NCBI GenBank assembly: GCA_903845155.1
Contig: CAIMWN010000239.1
Coordinates: 6,498-70,497, forward strand
DNA: 64,000 bases
Origin: Oligoflexia bacterium
GTDB taxonomy: Bacteria > Bdellovibrionota > UBA1018 > CAIMNF01
Reading direction: 5' to 3'
Part shown: positions 41,635 to 56,568 of the stretch, one piece after another
Layout: every line of letters begins with the position of its first letter
Numbering within the stretch: the first letter of the stretch is position 1
The notes under the pieces: generated by a model
What the model saw: the letters and a program-made list of their open reading frames with translations, nothing else
Databases searched by the model: none
Told to the model about the DNA's origin: nothing
Program-made: the position numbers and the translations under genes

Positions 41635-43081
41635 TTCCAGGAACTCCTAGTTTTTTATTTAAGTACTGTTGCTGAAGTACACTGCAAAACGCATTTACGA
41701 ACATATACACACAAAGACCCGCAGGCGTGGTGAGCATGAATCCACCGAACATCAGGGGCATGAATTGCATCACTTTCCGTTGTGCAGGATCCATCCCTGG
41801 CGCCGGAGGGGTTAGTTTTTGCTGTGCGAACATCACCAAGGTCATGAGAACCGGGGTGATAAAATAAGGATCCTTAGCCGACAAATCATGAATCCAAAAA
41901 GAATCAGAAATGAATGGAGCTCGGTAAAGTTCAACCGCTGCATAAAGTACACTATAGAGTGCGAAGAAAATTGGCATTTGAAGAAGCATTGGCAGACAAC
42001 CCGCCATCGGATTATATCCAGAACCCTTCATGAGCACCATCATTTCGCGATTCAGAGCCGCTTTGTCATCCTTGTGTTTATCTTGAAGTGCTTTCATTTT
42101 TGGCTGAAACTCAGCCATTTTTCTAGCGCCCTTCATGCTCTTCAAGACGAGTGGGAAAGTGAGAATTTTAATGATAACGGTCAGGATAATAATGGCAATT
42201 CCATAATTATGAACAAACCCAAAAATATATTTGAGCGCCCAAAGAATAGGATAAGCGATGAAGGTGAAAAAGCCTAAATTAACGGTCGTATCTAAGCTTT
42301 GATCAATGGCGCGTAGTACATCCAGTTTTTTGGGAACAAATACCACCTTAAATTTCAAATTCAATTGTTGGTTCACTACTGGAAACTGAAGTGATGCCTG
42401 CGCGTTTTGAGGGCCGGTACTTTGCACAAGAAGCTTCTCTGCGGTGATTCCATCTGGAATCACTGTAAAAATAAAATATCTGCTACCTGCACCCATCCAT
42501 TTGACTGGGGTAGAAACCTCTGTCGCATCAATATTTTTATCTACAAGATGACGTTCAATTTTGCTGTTGGTAAAATAAAAGAGTTCACGATCTCTCGCCT
42601 CTGGATCGTCCTTGCCGCCCTTAGATACGAGATTTAAAAAGGCTTTTGCGGGCGCTTTTTGTTTGAATTGAATAGCAACATTCACCGAAACGGTATCGCC
42701 TTGAAGCTCATACGTGCGGTGGTAATCCACATTCGCATCACTATATCGCCAGTCATAAGTAGAGGCGTTTGTGTTTTGAAGCGAATTAGCTACTTGGCCG
42801 TTCAAATAAGTGAAGTCACCTCCTGAGAAAGTCATGAGGAGTCCACTGTCAAAATTGGTAATGCTTTTTAAATCAATTCCTGTTGGTTCATTCATGGACC
42901 ATTTGCGAATCCAGAATGACCCATTGTCTATTTCCACAGCGGAGTGAGGAAGTGCAACAGAGTATTTTGAGGTTGAAGCGACCGCTGATCCAATCACGGC
43001 ATCTTCCGCGAATGAATTCACATTTAATCCGAAGAATAAAAGTGTCGATAATAAAATGGGTGTCAAAGCTGTGTTTTTCAT
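41606..43081 (-). CDS. yidC: membrane protein insertase YidC
   Basis: The C-terminal 5-TM core is conserved (...[13 protein letters not shown]...). The start is probably MKNTALTPI at 43081; the ORF track begins at 43135. Confidence 0.85.
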   Translation of the reverse strand: MKNTALTPILLSTLLFFGLNVNSFAEDAVIGSAVASTSKYSVALPHSAVEIDNGSFWIRKWSMNEPTGIDLKSITNFDSGLLMTFSGGDFTYLNGQVANSLQNTNASTYDWRYSDANVDYHRTYELQGDTVSVNVAIQFKQKAPAKAFLNLVSKGGKDDPEARDRELFYFTNSKIERHLVDKNIDATEVSTPVKWMGAGSRYFIFTVIPDGITAEKLLVQSTGPQNAQASLQFPVVNQQLNLKFKVVFVPKKLDVLRAIDQSLDTTVNLGFFTFIAYPILWALKYIFGFVHNYGIAIIILTVIIKILTFPLVLKSMKGARKMAEFQPKMKALQDKHKDDKAALNREMMVLMKGSGYNPMAGCLPMLLQMPIFFALYSVLYAAVELYRAPFISDSFWIHDLSAKDPYFITPVLMTLVMFAQQKLTPPAPGMDPAQRKVMQFMPLMFGGFMLTTPAGLCVYMFVNAFCSVLQQQYLNKKLGVPGNVSGIATSF

Positions 43082-43308
43082 ATGGGGTCGTACCCTCCTG
43101 ATTTTGAGAACGGATGACATCTTAAAATGCGCCAAATACTTTTAATGCTTCCACGAATGAGTCCATGTTTTTCAATCGCCTGTTCACAATAACAAGAACA
43201 GGTGGGTTCAAACTTACATCCGTTATATGGATTTCCACTAAATGTACTAGAAAATCCATGAAAAAGGGGAGAAATTAATTTTTGATATAATTTAAAAAAT
43301 ATTCGCAT
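43078..43308 (-). CDS. yidD: membrane protein insertion efficiency factor YidD
   Basis: 76 aa with the conserved [15 protein letters not shown] / GGYDPI motifs. Confidence 0.8.
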   Translation of the reverse strand: MRIFFKLYQKLISPLFHGFSSTFSGNPYNGCKFEPTCSCYCEQAIEKHGLIRGSIKSIWRILRCHPFSKSGGYDPI

Positions 43309-43630
43309 GTGCCCAAATCCGCTCCAAAGTCTGTCTCACCTTCTTTGGCGTTTGGTAATCTACTTTGATATGTCCTGGGACCACTACATTATAATCGAAA
43401 GATTTCATTTCACATCGGTAGAGTCGAAACACTTCTTTAATTTGTCGTTTGAGTTTATTTCTGTAGACACTGTTCACGCGTGACTTCACCGTGATTCCAA
43501 GCCGTGCTTGATCCACATTGTTTTGGATTCTAAAAATTGTGCATGAATCTAAGCGCTTAACATCGCTTTTTTGAAAAAAATTAAGGTATTCTTGTCTTTT
43601 TCGAACTCTTGCGCTTTTTGGATAATCCAT
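43292..43630 (-). CDS. rnpA: RNase P protein component
   Basis: 112 aa. ...[25 protein letters not shown]... carries an RNR-like basic motif. Confidence 0.85.
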   Translation of the reverse strand: MDYPKSARVRKRQEYLNFFQKSDVKRLDSCTIFRIQNNVDQARLGITVKSRVNSVYRNKLKRQIKEVFRLYRCEMKSFDYNVVVPGHIKVDYQTPKKVRQTLERIWAHANIF

Positions 43631-43769
43631 AATAATATTACCGCCAGGTAATTGCTTTAAAATCCAGCCTGATCATTTACCGAGCGTTCCGCCAAGTAAG
43701 CACTTTAGTGTTTCATAAGTTAATAACTTAGCGTCCGGTATCACCATTCACTAAACTATAAAACCAAGA

Positions 43770-43919
43770 TTACTTAGCTGCGACAGTTGGAACTAAGCGC
43801 TTGCGTCCGCGGGTGCGGCGACGCTTGAGTACTTTTTGGCCACCTGCTGTAGCCATTCTTGCACGAAAACCGTGAGTTTTCGTTCTCTTCTTACGAGAGG
43901 GTTGATATGTACGTTTCAT
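43770..43919 (-). CDS. rpmH: 50S ribosomal protein L34
   Basis: The reverse translation is [49 protein letters not shown]. The ORF track missed it because it is under 60 aa. Confidence 0.88.
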   Translation of the reverse strand: MKRTYQPSRKKRTKTHGFRARMATAGGQKVLKRRRTRGRKRLVPTVAAK

Positions 43920-44104
43920 AGTAAAAATTCCTTTTCAATCGATTGTCTAGAATTGAAGGTTTTATCGGATTTTGGGCCTACTTGTCAACTATTGAATATA
44001 GGAGGTCTTGAGTATTCATTCAAATTAGCAAAACCCCCGGGTTGTCAGCATGTCAGGATCGTGCTAGTTAAAGTCAGTCATTCAATATTAGGGTAGCTTT
44101 ATAA

Positions 44105-45580
44105 ATGAACCATACAAATCTTTGGGCAACAACGTATAGTCATATACTTCAAAACCATCAGAATCCAAATGAGGTTAAGTTCTGGCTAGATGCGCTAAAA
44201 TGGGACAAAGCCGAGCGCCTTGGTCCGGGAAGAGTGAGGGTACTCCTCTCCGCCCCAAATAATTACTACGCAAATTATATTAACTCCATTTTTAGAAGTG
44301 AAATTGAAAGTGCCGTTACCTATGTACTTGGAGAAAGCTGTGAAGTTTCGATAGAAGTGTCCCAAGCACAAGTTGCTGATGAAGTTGCGGCATCCAAGCT
44401 AAATACTTCACCTACAGTAGCAGTTTCTATTCCCACCATTGGAGTGAGCAATCCTCTTGCGCCACCACGATTAACTGACTTCACTCATCCTTCAATTGAA
44501 ATGACGACTCCTTCACGGTCGCCCATTAAAACAGGGGGCTTTAAAACCAATTCCTCTCAAGACCTTTTTGATCATATCGATACTCACCTCACTTTTGATA
44601 ACTATATAGTAGGACCTTCAAATCAATTTGCTTACGCATCTGCATTTTCTACTGCTGAGAATCCAGCAGTTCAATTTAACCCGCTCTTTATTTACGGTCC
44701 TCCTGCTGTGGGTAAAACCCACCTGCTCCATGCCATTGGGAACCACCTAAAAAAGAAGAATCCACATATCCGTGCATACTTTGTCTCCGCTGAGAAATTT
44801 GTAAATGAATTTATTGAAAGCATACAACACAAAAACCCAGGCGATTTTAGGGCTAAATACCGCGAAAATGTAGATTTACTCTTAATAGATGATGTCCAAT
44901 TTATTGTGGGAAAAGATCGTTCTGAAGAAGAATTTATCCATACTTTTAATACCCTACATAGTTTGAAAAAAATGATTGTCCTTACTTCAGATAAAGCACC
45001 CAAAGATATCGATGGGCTTGAGGAGAGAATTCGCACACGTTTTGAAATGGGTTTGGTCGCAGATATTCGGGCTCCAGAAATTGAAACTAGAATTGCAATT
45101 TTGAAAGCCAAAGCGGAATCAGATGATATTTATTTACCAGACGAAGTCGCTACTTTTTTAGGAACCTACATCAAGGATACAGTTCGTAATCTGCATGGAT
45201 CACTCGTGAAGCTCCAACAATATGCATCGCTCACTGGTTCTGAAATCACGCTCGACCTTGCTAAACAAGTTCTTCAGGCTTCCATTCCTGAAGAGGGACA
45301 AGAGTTTCATGTGGAATCCATCCTGACCGGCGTGTGTAAGCATTTTAATATCAAACTAAAAGATATTAAGGGTGTTTCAAGAGCGAAAATTTACTCAGAA
45401 CCCAGACAAATTGCAATGTACCTCATTCGTCACTATGCCCATCTAGGGTTCAGAGAAATCGGTCTCATTTTTGGCAAGGATCACTCCACTGCAGTTCATG
45501 CTCATAAGAAAATACAAATGGAACTGGAAACGGACCTCGGCCTCAAACGGAACGTTGAGACCATCAGCGGTCAACTTTAG
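44105..45580 (+). CDS. dnaA: chromosomal replication initiator DnaA
   Basis: AAA+ Walker A GPPAVGKTHLLHAIGN. C-terminal DNA-binding domain ...PRQIAMYLIRHYAHLGFREIGLIFGKDHSTAVHAHKKI. Confidence 0.95.
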   Translation: MNHTNLWATTYSHILQNHQNPNEVKFWLDALKWDKAERLGPGRVRVLLSAPNNYYANYINSIFRSEIESAVTYVLGESCEVSIEVSQAQVADEVAASKLNTSPTVAVSIPTIGVSNPLAPPRLTDFTHPSIEMTTPSRSPIKTGGFKTNSSQDLFDHIDTHLTFDNYIVGPSNQFAYASAFSTAENPAVQFNPLFIYGPPAVGKTHLLHAIGNHLKKKNPHIRAYFVSAEKFVNEFIESIQHKNPGDFRAKYRENVDLLLIDDVQFIVGKDRSEEEFIHTFNTLHSLKKMIVLTSDKAPKDIDGLEERIRTRFEMGLVADIRAPEIETRIAILKAKAESDDIYLPDEVATFLGTYIKDTVRNLHGSLVKLQQYASLTGSEITLDLAKQVLQASIPEEGQEFHVESILTGVCKHFNIKLKDIKGVSRAKIYSEPRQIAMYLIRHYAHLGFREIGLIFGKDHSTAVHAHKKIQMELETDLGLKRNVETISGQL

Positions 45581-45599
45581 TTTCTGGTCATTCTATTCA

Positions 45600-46040
45600 C
45601 CATTTTATCCCCCTTGTTTGTGAATTAAATTTCTTATTAAATTACAATTAGTTATGAATATTATCCCCCAAAACAAAATTTTTCTAGTTTTTACCCCCCA
45701 CTATTCACCAAGCATTCACCAGGATAAGTGGATCACTTTTGGGATAAGTTCAATTTCGACATCAAAAAAAAGATGGAAATTGTTAGCTGCAGGTCGGCAT
45801 TGATAAAAACGGTGGATAATTTGGTGAATAGGGACCAAAAAGTAAGGTTTTCAATCCAAATTGAAGTTATCCCCAAAACACTCATTTTTATCCCCCTGGA
45901 GTTATACTCCAGTCATAAACCAATATTATATAGTAATTACAAATGGTTATATCACTTATCCCCCGCATTCACAGCACTACTACTACTATGATCTTTATAT
46001 ATATATGATTTTATGAGAGACAAAATAATTCAAGGTGGTG
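45600..46040. other. candidate oriC (DnaA-box cluster plus AT-rich unwinding element) in the dnaA-dnaN spacer
   Basis: Five direct TTATCCCC[C/A] boxes at 45605, 45661, 45867, 45888 and 45956. Three inverted GGATAAG/GTGGATAAT boxes at 45722, 45741 and 45812. The AT-rich stretch tatgatctttatatatatatgattttatgag at 45985-46020 sits just upstream of the dnaN RBS. Confidence 0.55.
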
Positions 46041-46048
46041 GATTAAAT

Positions 46049-47164
46049 ATGAAATTCAGTATTCAAAGAGAACAGCTCTTAAACGCATTACAGAAAATCT
46101 CAACAGTCATTGAGAAGAAACACACCATGGAGATTCTTGGAAATATTCTTTTTGAAGTAAAAAAAGAAAATGGTAATGACAAGCTCACACTGAGTGGAAC
46201 AGATCTTGAGGTAGGCATTCAAATCACTCTTGATGCAAAAATAGATGAACCAGGCAGACTGACACTTTCTACTAAGCATATTTTAGACATCACTAAAGAA
46301 CTTCCTAATCAGCCAATGACATTTAACTTAAAACCAAATCATTGGGTTGAGATCACCTGTGCAAAGGCTCGATTTAATGTAGTGAGTATTTCTGCTGACG
46401 GTTATCCAACCTTACCTTTGTTTGAAGAAAAAAATTATACTTACGCTAATTCGGAACGATTAAGTGAAATGATCGATAAAACAGAATTTGCAGTTTCTAC
46501 CGATGCTACTCGATATCATTTGAATGGTGTTTACCTAGAAGTTCTTCCAAGTGGAATGATGAGAATGACAGCAACGGATGGTCATCGACTTTCATATATT
46601 GATCATGAAGTATTCGCAAAACCGATTGAACTCAAACGAGGAGTAGTCATTCCTAAAAAAGGATTATCTGAACTTCATAAGATTCTCCAAGGAACGAAGA
46701 ACATTGGTATTGCTTTTGAAAAAGGCTATCTCTACGCCAAATCAGAAACTGCCTTCCTTTTTATTAGATTGATTGAAGCCGACTATCCTGATTATAGGCA
46801 AGTGATTCCTCAAAGTTTAGATAAAATTGCAAAACTAAAAAGAGAAGACTTATTAGGAGCTTTGAAAAGAGTATCCTTAATGGCCCATGAAAAAAGCAAG
46901 GGAGTAAAACTGAATATTCAAGATGGTTTACTTTCTGTAACTTCTTCAAATCCTGATATGGGAGAAGCTAAGGATGAGATCAGCATCGATTATCATGGTG
47001 AGTCTTTTGAAATAGGTTTTAATGCAAAATATATTTTAGATTGTCTGGAAGTCATGAAAGAATCTGACATTGAATTTAATTTTAAAGATAAAACCAAACC
47101 CGGGCTTATACAAACCGCTGGTCACAAAAATCATTGTTATGTGATCATGCCGATGAGAATTTAG
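46049..47164 (+). CDS. dnaN: DNA polymerase III beta sliding clamp
   Basis: MKFSIQREQLLNALQKISTVIEKKHTMEIL... is a typical DnaN N-terminus, preceded by the RBS aaggtgg. The ORF track start at 46013 was trimmed. Confidence 0.9.
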   Translation: MKFSIQREQLLNALQKISTVIEKKHTMEILGNILFEVKKENGNDKLTLSGTDLEVGIQITLDAKIDEPGRLTLSTKHILDITKELPNQPMTFNLKPNHWVEITCAKARFNVVSISADGYPTLPLFEEKNYTYANSERLSEMIDKTEFAVSTDATRYHLNGVYLEVLPSGMMRMTATDGHRLSYIDHEVFAKPIELKRGVVIPKKGLSELHKILQGTKNIGIAFEKGYLYAKSETAFLFIRLIEADYPDYRQVIPQSLDKIAKLKREDLLGALKRVSLMAHEKSKGVKLNIQDGLLSVTSSNPDMGEAKDEISIDYHGESFEIGFNAKYILDCLEVMKESDIEFNFKDKTKPGLIQTAGHKNHCYVIMPMRI

Positions 47165-47174
47165 TCATTCACAC

Positions 47175-50770
<3,596 letters not shown>

Positions 50771-50785
50771 AGGAGTTAAAATTAA

Positions 50786-51796
50786 ATGCTAAGATCCAAA
50801 ATTTTATCGACGGGGATGTATGTTCCTCCGAATCTTTTTAAGAATAACGACATCGCAGCCATGATGGATACATCCGATGAATGGATTCGACAAAGAACCG
50901 GTATTGAACAGCGCTATTGGGTAGATGAAAACACATCTACTTCTGATTTGGGTGTGGAAGCGGCAAATCGTGCACTTAAAAATGCAGGTATTGATAAAAG
51001 TGAAATTGACATGATTATTGTGGCAACGCTTAGTCCTGATCATGAATTCCCGGGGACTGCATGTTTCGTACAAAAAAAATTGGGTCTGCCCGGAATCGCT
51101 GCACTTGATATTCGACAACAATGTACAGGATTTATTTACAGTCTTTCTATTGCTGATCAGTTTATTCGCAGCGGAACCTATAAAAAAATATTGATTGTTG
51201 GAGCCGAAGTTCATTCAAAAGGAATGGATAAAACTACAAGAGGACGCGATGTCGCCGTCTTATTCGGTGACGGGGCTGGTGCTGTTGTGTTGGGTGCAAC
51301 TGTTGTAAAAGACGCAAAAACGGATTCTCATATTCTTTCTACTCACATTCATGCCGATGGAACATTCGCAGATGAGCTTTGGACCCAAGCTCCGGGTACC
51401 GGAAATGGAAAAGACAGAATTAATGAACAAGATCTCCTTGAGTTGAGACAGTATCCAAAGATGAATGGCAAGACAGTATTTGTTCATGCCGTGAAAAGGA
51501 TGCCCGAAACCCTTCTAAATGCACTTCAGGTAAACTCACTTACACCTGAAGACATTGATCTCTTTGTGTTTCATCAAGCCAATCTTCGAATCAACGACAT
51601 GATTGCCAAGCAGTTCAATATTCCAGAAGAGAAGGTTTTTAACACAATTCAAAAGTATGCAAACACCACGGCCGCAACCATTCCAATTGGATTGGATGAA
51701 GCCGTGCGCGCAGGTAAACTAAAAAAGGGAATGCTGGTAGCATCAGCGGCTTTTGGTAGCGGGTTTACTTGGGGTTCAGCAATTTATAGATGGTAA
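50786..51796 (+). CDS. fabH: 3-oxoacyl-ACP synthase III (KAS III)
   Basis: ...DEWIRQRTGIEQRYW... with the active-site Cys in ...QQCTGFIYSL. 336 aa. The C-terminal GSGFTWGSA. Confidence 0.88.
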   Translation: MLRSKILSTGMYVPPNLFKNNDIAAMMDTSDEWIRQRTGIEQRYWVDENTSTSDLGVEAANRALKNAGIDKSEIDMIIVATLSPDHEFPGTACFVQKKLGLPGIAALDIRQQCTGFIYSLSIADQFIRSGTYKKILIVGAEVHSKGMDKTTRGRDVAVLFGDGAGAVVLGATVVKDAKTDSHILSTHIHADGTFADELWTQAPGTGNGKDRINEQDLLELRQYPKMNGKTVFVHAVKRMPETLLNALQVNSLTPEDIDLFVFHQANLRINDMIAKQFNIPEEKVFNTIQKYANTTAATIPIGLDEAVRAGKLKKGMLVASAAFGSGFTWGSAIYRW

Positions 51797-51836
51797 TTTT
51801 TTTAAATTTTAAAGCAAAGTAGCGAGAAGAAAAAAT

Positions 51837-54335
51837 ATGGAAACACCACCCAATACAACTACCCCTGACAACAAAGGGCCAAATAAAAGCATCGTTCAAG
51901 TAAACATTGAAGATGAAATGCGTGGAGCTTATCTCGATTATGCCATGAGCGTAATTGTGGGTCGTGCTCTGCCCGACGTTCGTGATGGACTAAAGCCAGT
52001 TCACAGGCGTGTGCTTTTCGCGATGTACGATTTAGGTAACACTTATAATAAAGCGTATAAAAAGTCTGCTCGTGTGGTCGGGGATGTGATCGGTAAATAC
52101 CATCCACATGGTGATAGCGCTGTTTACGACACGATCGTTCGGATGGCTCAAGACTTTTCTCTTCGCTATCCACTTATCGACGGACAAGGTAACTTCGGAT
52201 CCGTCGACGGAGATTCTGCCGCAGCGATGAGGTACACCGAAATCAGGATGGACAAGCTTACAGATGAAATCTTGGCTGATCTTGAAAAAGAGACCGTTGA
52301 TTTTGGACCTAACTATGATGGATCCTTGCAAGAGCCGCTCGTGTTGCCTACTCGCATTCCAAACTTATTAATTAATGGTTCAACCGGCATTGCGGTCGGG
52401 ATGGCGACCAATATTCCTCCCCACAACATGGGTGAAGTGATCGATGCCACTCTTGCTTTGATCCAAGATCCAACAATTACGATCGAAGGATTGATGGAGC
52501 ATGTGAAGGGCCCCGACTTTCCAACAGGCGGCATCGTATTTGGCGGAAACGTGCTGAAACTCGCTTACAATACCGGCCGCGCAGTGATTACCATTCGGTC
52601 AAAGACAGAAATCGAAACCACTAAAAATGATCGCGAAAGGATTATTGTTACCGAACTTCCATATCAGGTAAATAAAGCGCGATTAATTGAGAAAATTGCA
52701 GACCTAGTCAATGAAGATAAATTAGATGGTATTTCAGATATCAGAGATGAATCTGACCGCACCGGCATGAGAATTGTTATCGAAGTGAAGAAGAACGAGA
52801 GCTCAAGCATCGTACTCAATCGACTTTATAAAATGACCCAACTTCAAGATAGCTACGGAATTGCTCTTTTAGCGATTGATCATGCACAACCAAAAATGTT
52901 CAATCTGAAAGATATGATTCAAGCGTTCATCGAACATCGTAAAGATGTCGTTATTCGTAGAACCGTCTTTGACCTTCGCAAAGCTGAAGCGCGCCTTCAC
53001 ATTTTGGAAGGCTTAAAACGTGCGGTTGAAAACTTGGATCAAGTGATCGCTCTTATTCGCGGATCTGCGAATGCTCCTGAGGCGCTTGCGGGTTTGATTA
53101 GCAAGTTTCAGTTTTCACAAATTCAAGCGCAGGCAATTCTGGATATGCGCCTTCAACGCCTCACCGGTTTAGAGAGAGATAAAATTGTTGAAGAGTTTAA
53201 CGAAGTATTAAAAGTTATCGTTGATCTCAAAGATATTCTTGCGAATGAACCACGCGTTTACGTAATCATTAAAGATGAACTGACTGAGATTCGCGAACGT
53301 TACAGCGACAAGCGTCGCACTGAAATTACTCAAGATGAGAACTCTGATATCGATATTGAAGCGCTGATCACGGATGAGCCGACTCTCGTGACCATTACAC
53401 GCACTGGATACGTGAAGAGACAAAATCCAAACCAATTTAAATCACAACACCGGGGTGGTAAGGGAATCATTGGCGTTCAAACGAATGACGAGGATTTTGT
53501 TACTCAATTGTATCAAACAACTACCCTCTCTCATTTGTTTTGTTTAACAGACAAGGGTCGCTTACATGTGATCAAAGTTTATAAAATACCTGAAGCGAGC
53601 CGTACAGGAAAAGGGAAAGCAATCGTGAATTTGCTCAACCTACAAGCCAATGAAAAAGTCGTTACGATTCTTCCAGTTCTTCAGTTTGACGAAGACAAGT
53701 TTTTAATTATGGGCACCCAAAAAGGTGTGATTAAGAAAACAGCGTTAAATGAATATAAAAATATTCGGGCCACAGGCATTAACGCCATTTCTATTGAAGA
53801 AGGAGATGCACTCGTTGGAGCGCGACTCACGGATGGAAATCAAGAGATTTTCCTAACCAGCGCAAGTGGGATGAGCATTCGTTTTAGCGAGAAAGACGTA
53901 AGGGCGATGGGCAGAACTGCCTATGGAGTTTACGGAATGTCGCTAGATACAGGCGATATTGTAGTCGGAATGGATGTGCTTTCTGCAACCGACACGAGTA
54001 CTGAGATTCTTGCAGTGACCGAACTTGGATATGGAAAACGGACACCGGTAAGTGAATATCGTGTTCAAACTCGGGGAGGTAAGGGAATTATCACGCTAAA
54101 AGTCACAGAGAAGACCGGTAATCTTGTCTCTGCTCGCCAAGTAAGCTCTAAAGACGACCTCATGATTGTTTCAAGCAGCGGAAAGTTAATCCGAATCAGT
54201 ATTGGTGAGATTTCAGAACAAAGCCGCAATACACAAGGCGTACGACTCATGAATGTTGACTCTGGTGGAGAAAAAGTGGTCGCTGTTGAGTTTCTTGCCG
54301 AAGTGGAAAACGGAACCAAAGAAGTGATTCAGTAA
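51837..54335 (+). CDS. gyrA: DNA gyrase subunit A
   Basis: Active-site Tyr context AAMRYTE. The QRDR region ...[18 protein letters not shown]-terminal beta-pinwheel repeats. 832 aa. Confidence 0.95.
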   Translation: METPPNTTTPDNKGPNKSIVQVNIEDEMRGAYLDYAMSVIVGRALPDVRDGLKPVHRRVLFAMYDLGNTYNKAYKKSARVVGDVIGKYHPHGDSAVYDTIVRMAQDFSLRYPLIDGQGNFGSVDGDSAAAMRYTEIRMDKLTDEILADLEKETVDFGPNYDGSLQEPLVLPTRIPNLLINGSTGIAVGMATNIPPHNMGEVIDATLALIQDPTITIEGLMEHVKGPDFPTGGIVFGGNVLKLAYNTGRAVITIRSKTEIETTKNDRERIIVTELPYQVNKARLIEKIADLVNEDKLDGISDIRDESDRTGMRIVIEVKKNESSSIVLNRLYKMTQLQDSYGIALLAIDHAQPKMFNLKDMIQAFIEHRKDVVIRRTVFDLRKAEARLHILEGLKRAVENLDQVIALIRGSANAPEALAGLISKFQFSQIQAQAILDMRLQRLTGLERDKIVEEFNEVLKVIVDLKDILANEPRVYVIIKDELTEIRERYSDKRRTEITQDENSDIDIEALITDEPTLVTITRTGYVKRQNPNQFKSQHRGGKGIIGVQTNDEDFVTQLYQTTTLSHLFCLTDKGRLHVIKVYKIPEASRTGKGKAIVNLLNLQANEKVVTILPVLQFDEDKFLIMGTQKGVIKKTALNEYKNIRATGINAISIEEGDALVGARLTDGNQEIFLTSASGMSIRFSEKDVRAMGRTAYGVYGMSLDTGDIVVGMDVLSATDTSTEILAVTELGYGKRTPVSEYRVQTRGGKGIITLKVTEKTGNLVSARQVSSKDDLMIVSSSGKLIRISIGEISEQSRNTQGVRLMNVDSGGEKVVAVEFLAEVENGTKEVIQ

Positions 54336-54340
54336 TTGAA

Positions 54341-55171
54341 ATGGAAGTGTTCAAAAAAAAAGCATATCTAACTTTGCTTCTTCTTTTGAGTGCGTGTTCA
54401 ATTCAATCGTCTGTTTCAAATCGCTATCTTGCAGCCGAAAAGCTTTGGACTGATAAGAACTATCAAGCGGCCGTTCTTCAGTTCGATCAGATTATAAAGG
54501 AAAATCCGAATAGTGCCATTGCGCTTCAGGCACTTTGGCGTGCTTCCATGACGAGAACTCTTTTTCTTGGGGAGCATGAGGAGGCATTGCGAGGATTTAA
54601 TACTTTCTTAGAGCGTGCAACGTCGTCGGAACTCGCTCCCCAAGCACAAAAGGAAATTGGAGAGATTTATTTCACTAAGCTTTCGCAGTATTCGAAGGCA
54701 ATAGATCATTATCAAAAGCTTATTTTGAGTAAGAAATTTAGTAGTGATGATGAGGCCTTGTTTCGCTATCGAATTGCTAGGTCAAATTTCCTATTGAATA
54801 AAGTAAAGAAATCAATCGAAGATGACGAAGATTTGATCCGCAACTACCCGAAAAGCCCACCGGTTTTGAAGGCAAAAATCGATTTGGGGAATGCCTGGTA
54901 CACTCTGGGTGAAACCGACAAATTGGCCTATTCAAAAGCATTAAAAATATTCCAAGATTTAGTTTTAGAAACCCAAGGGAAAACCGATGACGAAAGTGTG
55001 TCTATTTACTTGCAGGCAAAATTCAATGAGGCCGCCACTTTGGAAGAGGTGGATCAACTCGAGAAGGCCCGAGACGAATTTCAATCCATCCTCACTCGCT
55101 ACCCAGCCCCTAATGTTGTAAAAATTAGGATTTATCGCTTGGAAGAGCGAATGAAGAAGAAGCGAAAATGA
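54341..55171 (+). CDS. TPR-repeat lipoprotein
   Basis: Lipobox LLSAC-SIQ. Several TPR-like repeats. 5 bp after gyrA and overlaps the downstream atpZ-like gene. Confidence 0.55.
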   Translation: MEVFKKKAYLTLLLLLSACSIQSSVSNRYLAAEKLWTDKNYQAAVLQFDQIIKENPNSAIALQALWRASMTRTLFLGEHEEALRGFNTFLERATSSELAPQAQKEIGEIYFTKLSQYSKAIDHYQKLILSKKFSSDDEALFRYRIARSNFLLNKVKKSIEDDEDLIRNYPKSPPVLKAKIDLGNAWYTLGETDKLAYSKALKIFQDLVLETQGKTDDESVSIYLQAKFNEAATLEEVDQLEKARDEFQSILTRYPAPNVVKIRIYRLEERMKKKRK

Positions 55172-55395
55172 GTGAAGAAAATCGCTATCGCCAATTGAGC
55201 TTATTTGCCGTAATTGTCGCAGAAATGGTGATTACTCCCTCTACTTTGGGTGGACTTGCCTATTTTCTAGCAAAGGGATCGAATACCAGAGTGATTTATA
55301 CAGGTCTTGGAGTGATGGTGGGCCTCGGGATCGCCATTTACCGAATCTATTTAATGAGTAAAAAAATGAACTCTGATTCAAAGGACTCAAAGTGA
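55168..55395 (+). CDS. AtpZ-like small 2-TM protein (F-ATPase accessory)
   Basis: 75 aa with two hydrophobic helices, located directly upstream of atpI-atpB-atpE. Confidence 0.45.
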   Translation: MSEENRYRQLSLFAVIVAEMVITPSTLGGLAYFLAKGSNTRVIYTGLGVMVGLGIAIYRIYLMSKKMNSDSKDSK

Positions 55396-55787
55396 TGGAA
55401 TCATACTTTGGCAAACGCTTCATTTATCTACTTTTCTGGGTCGGATCATTTTGGCTTGGTCTCGGAGTCGTCTATCATCTATTGAATGGTTTGGAGATTA
55501 CTCCCTTTGTCGAAGTGTTCACTTTTTCCGCCCTCGACTTAATTTTTTTGATTCTGATTTTCTGGAAACTGTTTTTTACACCGCCAACGCAGCGCAATAA
55601 AAAAATTCAATTTTTAATTTTCATCCTTTTTAAGTTGGTTTGTCTCGGATTTTTGGCTATAGTGCTGAAAAGATTAAGAAATGCACCAACACCGAGCATT
55701 ATACTCGGAGTTGCCTTTATAGGGATTGGCCCCATTATCGCCGGTACTATTTCAAATTCTTTTCCGAAAATTTCAACTAAGGAATGA
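55392..55787 (+). CDS. atpI: ATP synthase protein I-like (AtpI), 4-TM
   Basis: 131 aa with 4 predicted TMs. Lies in the position of atpI upstream of atpB. Confidence 0.5.
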   Translation: MMESYFGKRFIYLLFWVGSFWLGLGVVYHLLNGLEITPFVEVFTFSALDLIFLILIFWKLFFTPPTQRNKKIQFLIFILFKLVCLGFLAIVLKRLRNAPTPSIILGVAFIGIGPIIAGTISNSFPKISTKE

Positions 55788-56521
55788 CTTCTATGCATAA
55801 CGAGGCAGCACATTCAGAACATGGATTCAATTGGTTAAGCTTGTTTCCAGGCTATGACCACGAATATAATCATGTGATCATGACCGTGGTCGTGATGGTG
55901 TTAATTATTCTTGGTGCGTTGATCGCACGAGTACAACTTTCTTCAGCCGTAAAAAATGAAGATGAAGGGTTAATCCCGGATTCAAAACTCACATTCAGAA
56001 ATTTTTTCGAAATCATAGCTGAAAAACTTTATACTCTCGCAGAGAGTGTAATGGGTAAGCATGGAGCTGAAAAATATTTCCCTATTGTGGGATGTTTATT
56101 TCTGTTCATTTTTGTTTCCAATTTTTTGGGCATTATTCCAGGCTTACTTCCCCCAACAGACAATCTCAACACCACACTCGCACTGGGCGTGTTTGTCTTT
56201 ATTTATTATAATTATATTGGCCTAAAAGAAGGTGGTTTGGGATATCTGAAACACTTTTTAGGCCCTATCCTTTGGCTTGCTCCCCTTATGTTAGTGGTTG
56301 AGCTTGCATCACACGTTTTCCGCCCTATTTCACTCGCGCTTCGTTTGCGCGGGAACATCATGGGCGATCACATTGTACTTGGCATCTTTAATAATCTGAC
56401 TCCGTACGTTCTTCCTATTGTTTTCTACGGAATTGGGTTATTTGTTTGCTTCGTGCAAGCATTTGTTTTTTGTTTGATGACGATGGTTTATATCTCGTTG
56501 TCGCAAAGTCATGATCACTAA
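55784..56521 (+). CDS. atpB: Fo ATP synthase subunit a
   Basis: Conserved Arg in ...ISLALRLRGNIMGDHIV... 245 aa. Confidence 0.88.
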   Translation: MTSMHNEAAHSEHGFNWLSLFPGYDHEYNHVIMTVVVMVLIILGALIARVQLSSAVKNEDEGLIPDSKLTFRNFFEIIAEKLYTLAESVMGKHGAEKYFPIVGCLFLFIFVSNFLGIIPGLLPPTDNLNTTLALGVFVFIYYNYIGLKEGGLGYLKHFLGPILWLAPLMLVVELASHVFRPISLALRLRGNIMGDHIVLGIFNNLTPYVLPIVFYGIGLFVCFVQAFVFCLMTMVYISLSQSHDH

Positions 56522-56568
56522 ACGATGAATCACAAAGGTTAACACCGCAACGAAAGGAAAGTAGAAGA

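Noticed and set aside
43920-44104. rpmH-dnaA spacer as oriC
   Set aside because: It has only one weak TTATCGGAT-like element and no AT-rich unwinding stretch. The dnaA-dnaN spacer has a far stronger box cluster.
44692-45111. 139-aa minus-strand ORF
   Set aside because: Antisense to dnaA, whose frame is unambiguous.
50804-52534. Minus-strand ORFs overlapping fabH and the gyrA 5' region
   Set aside because: They are antisense to well-supported conserved genes.
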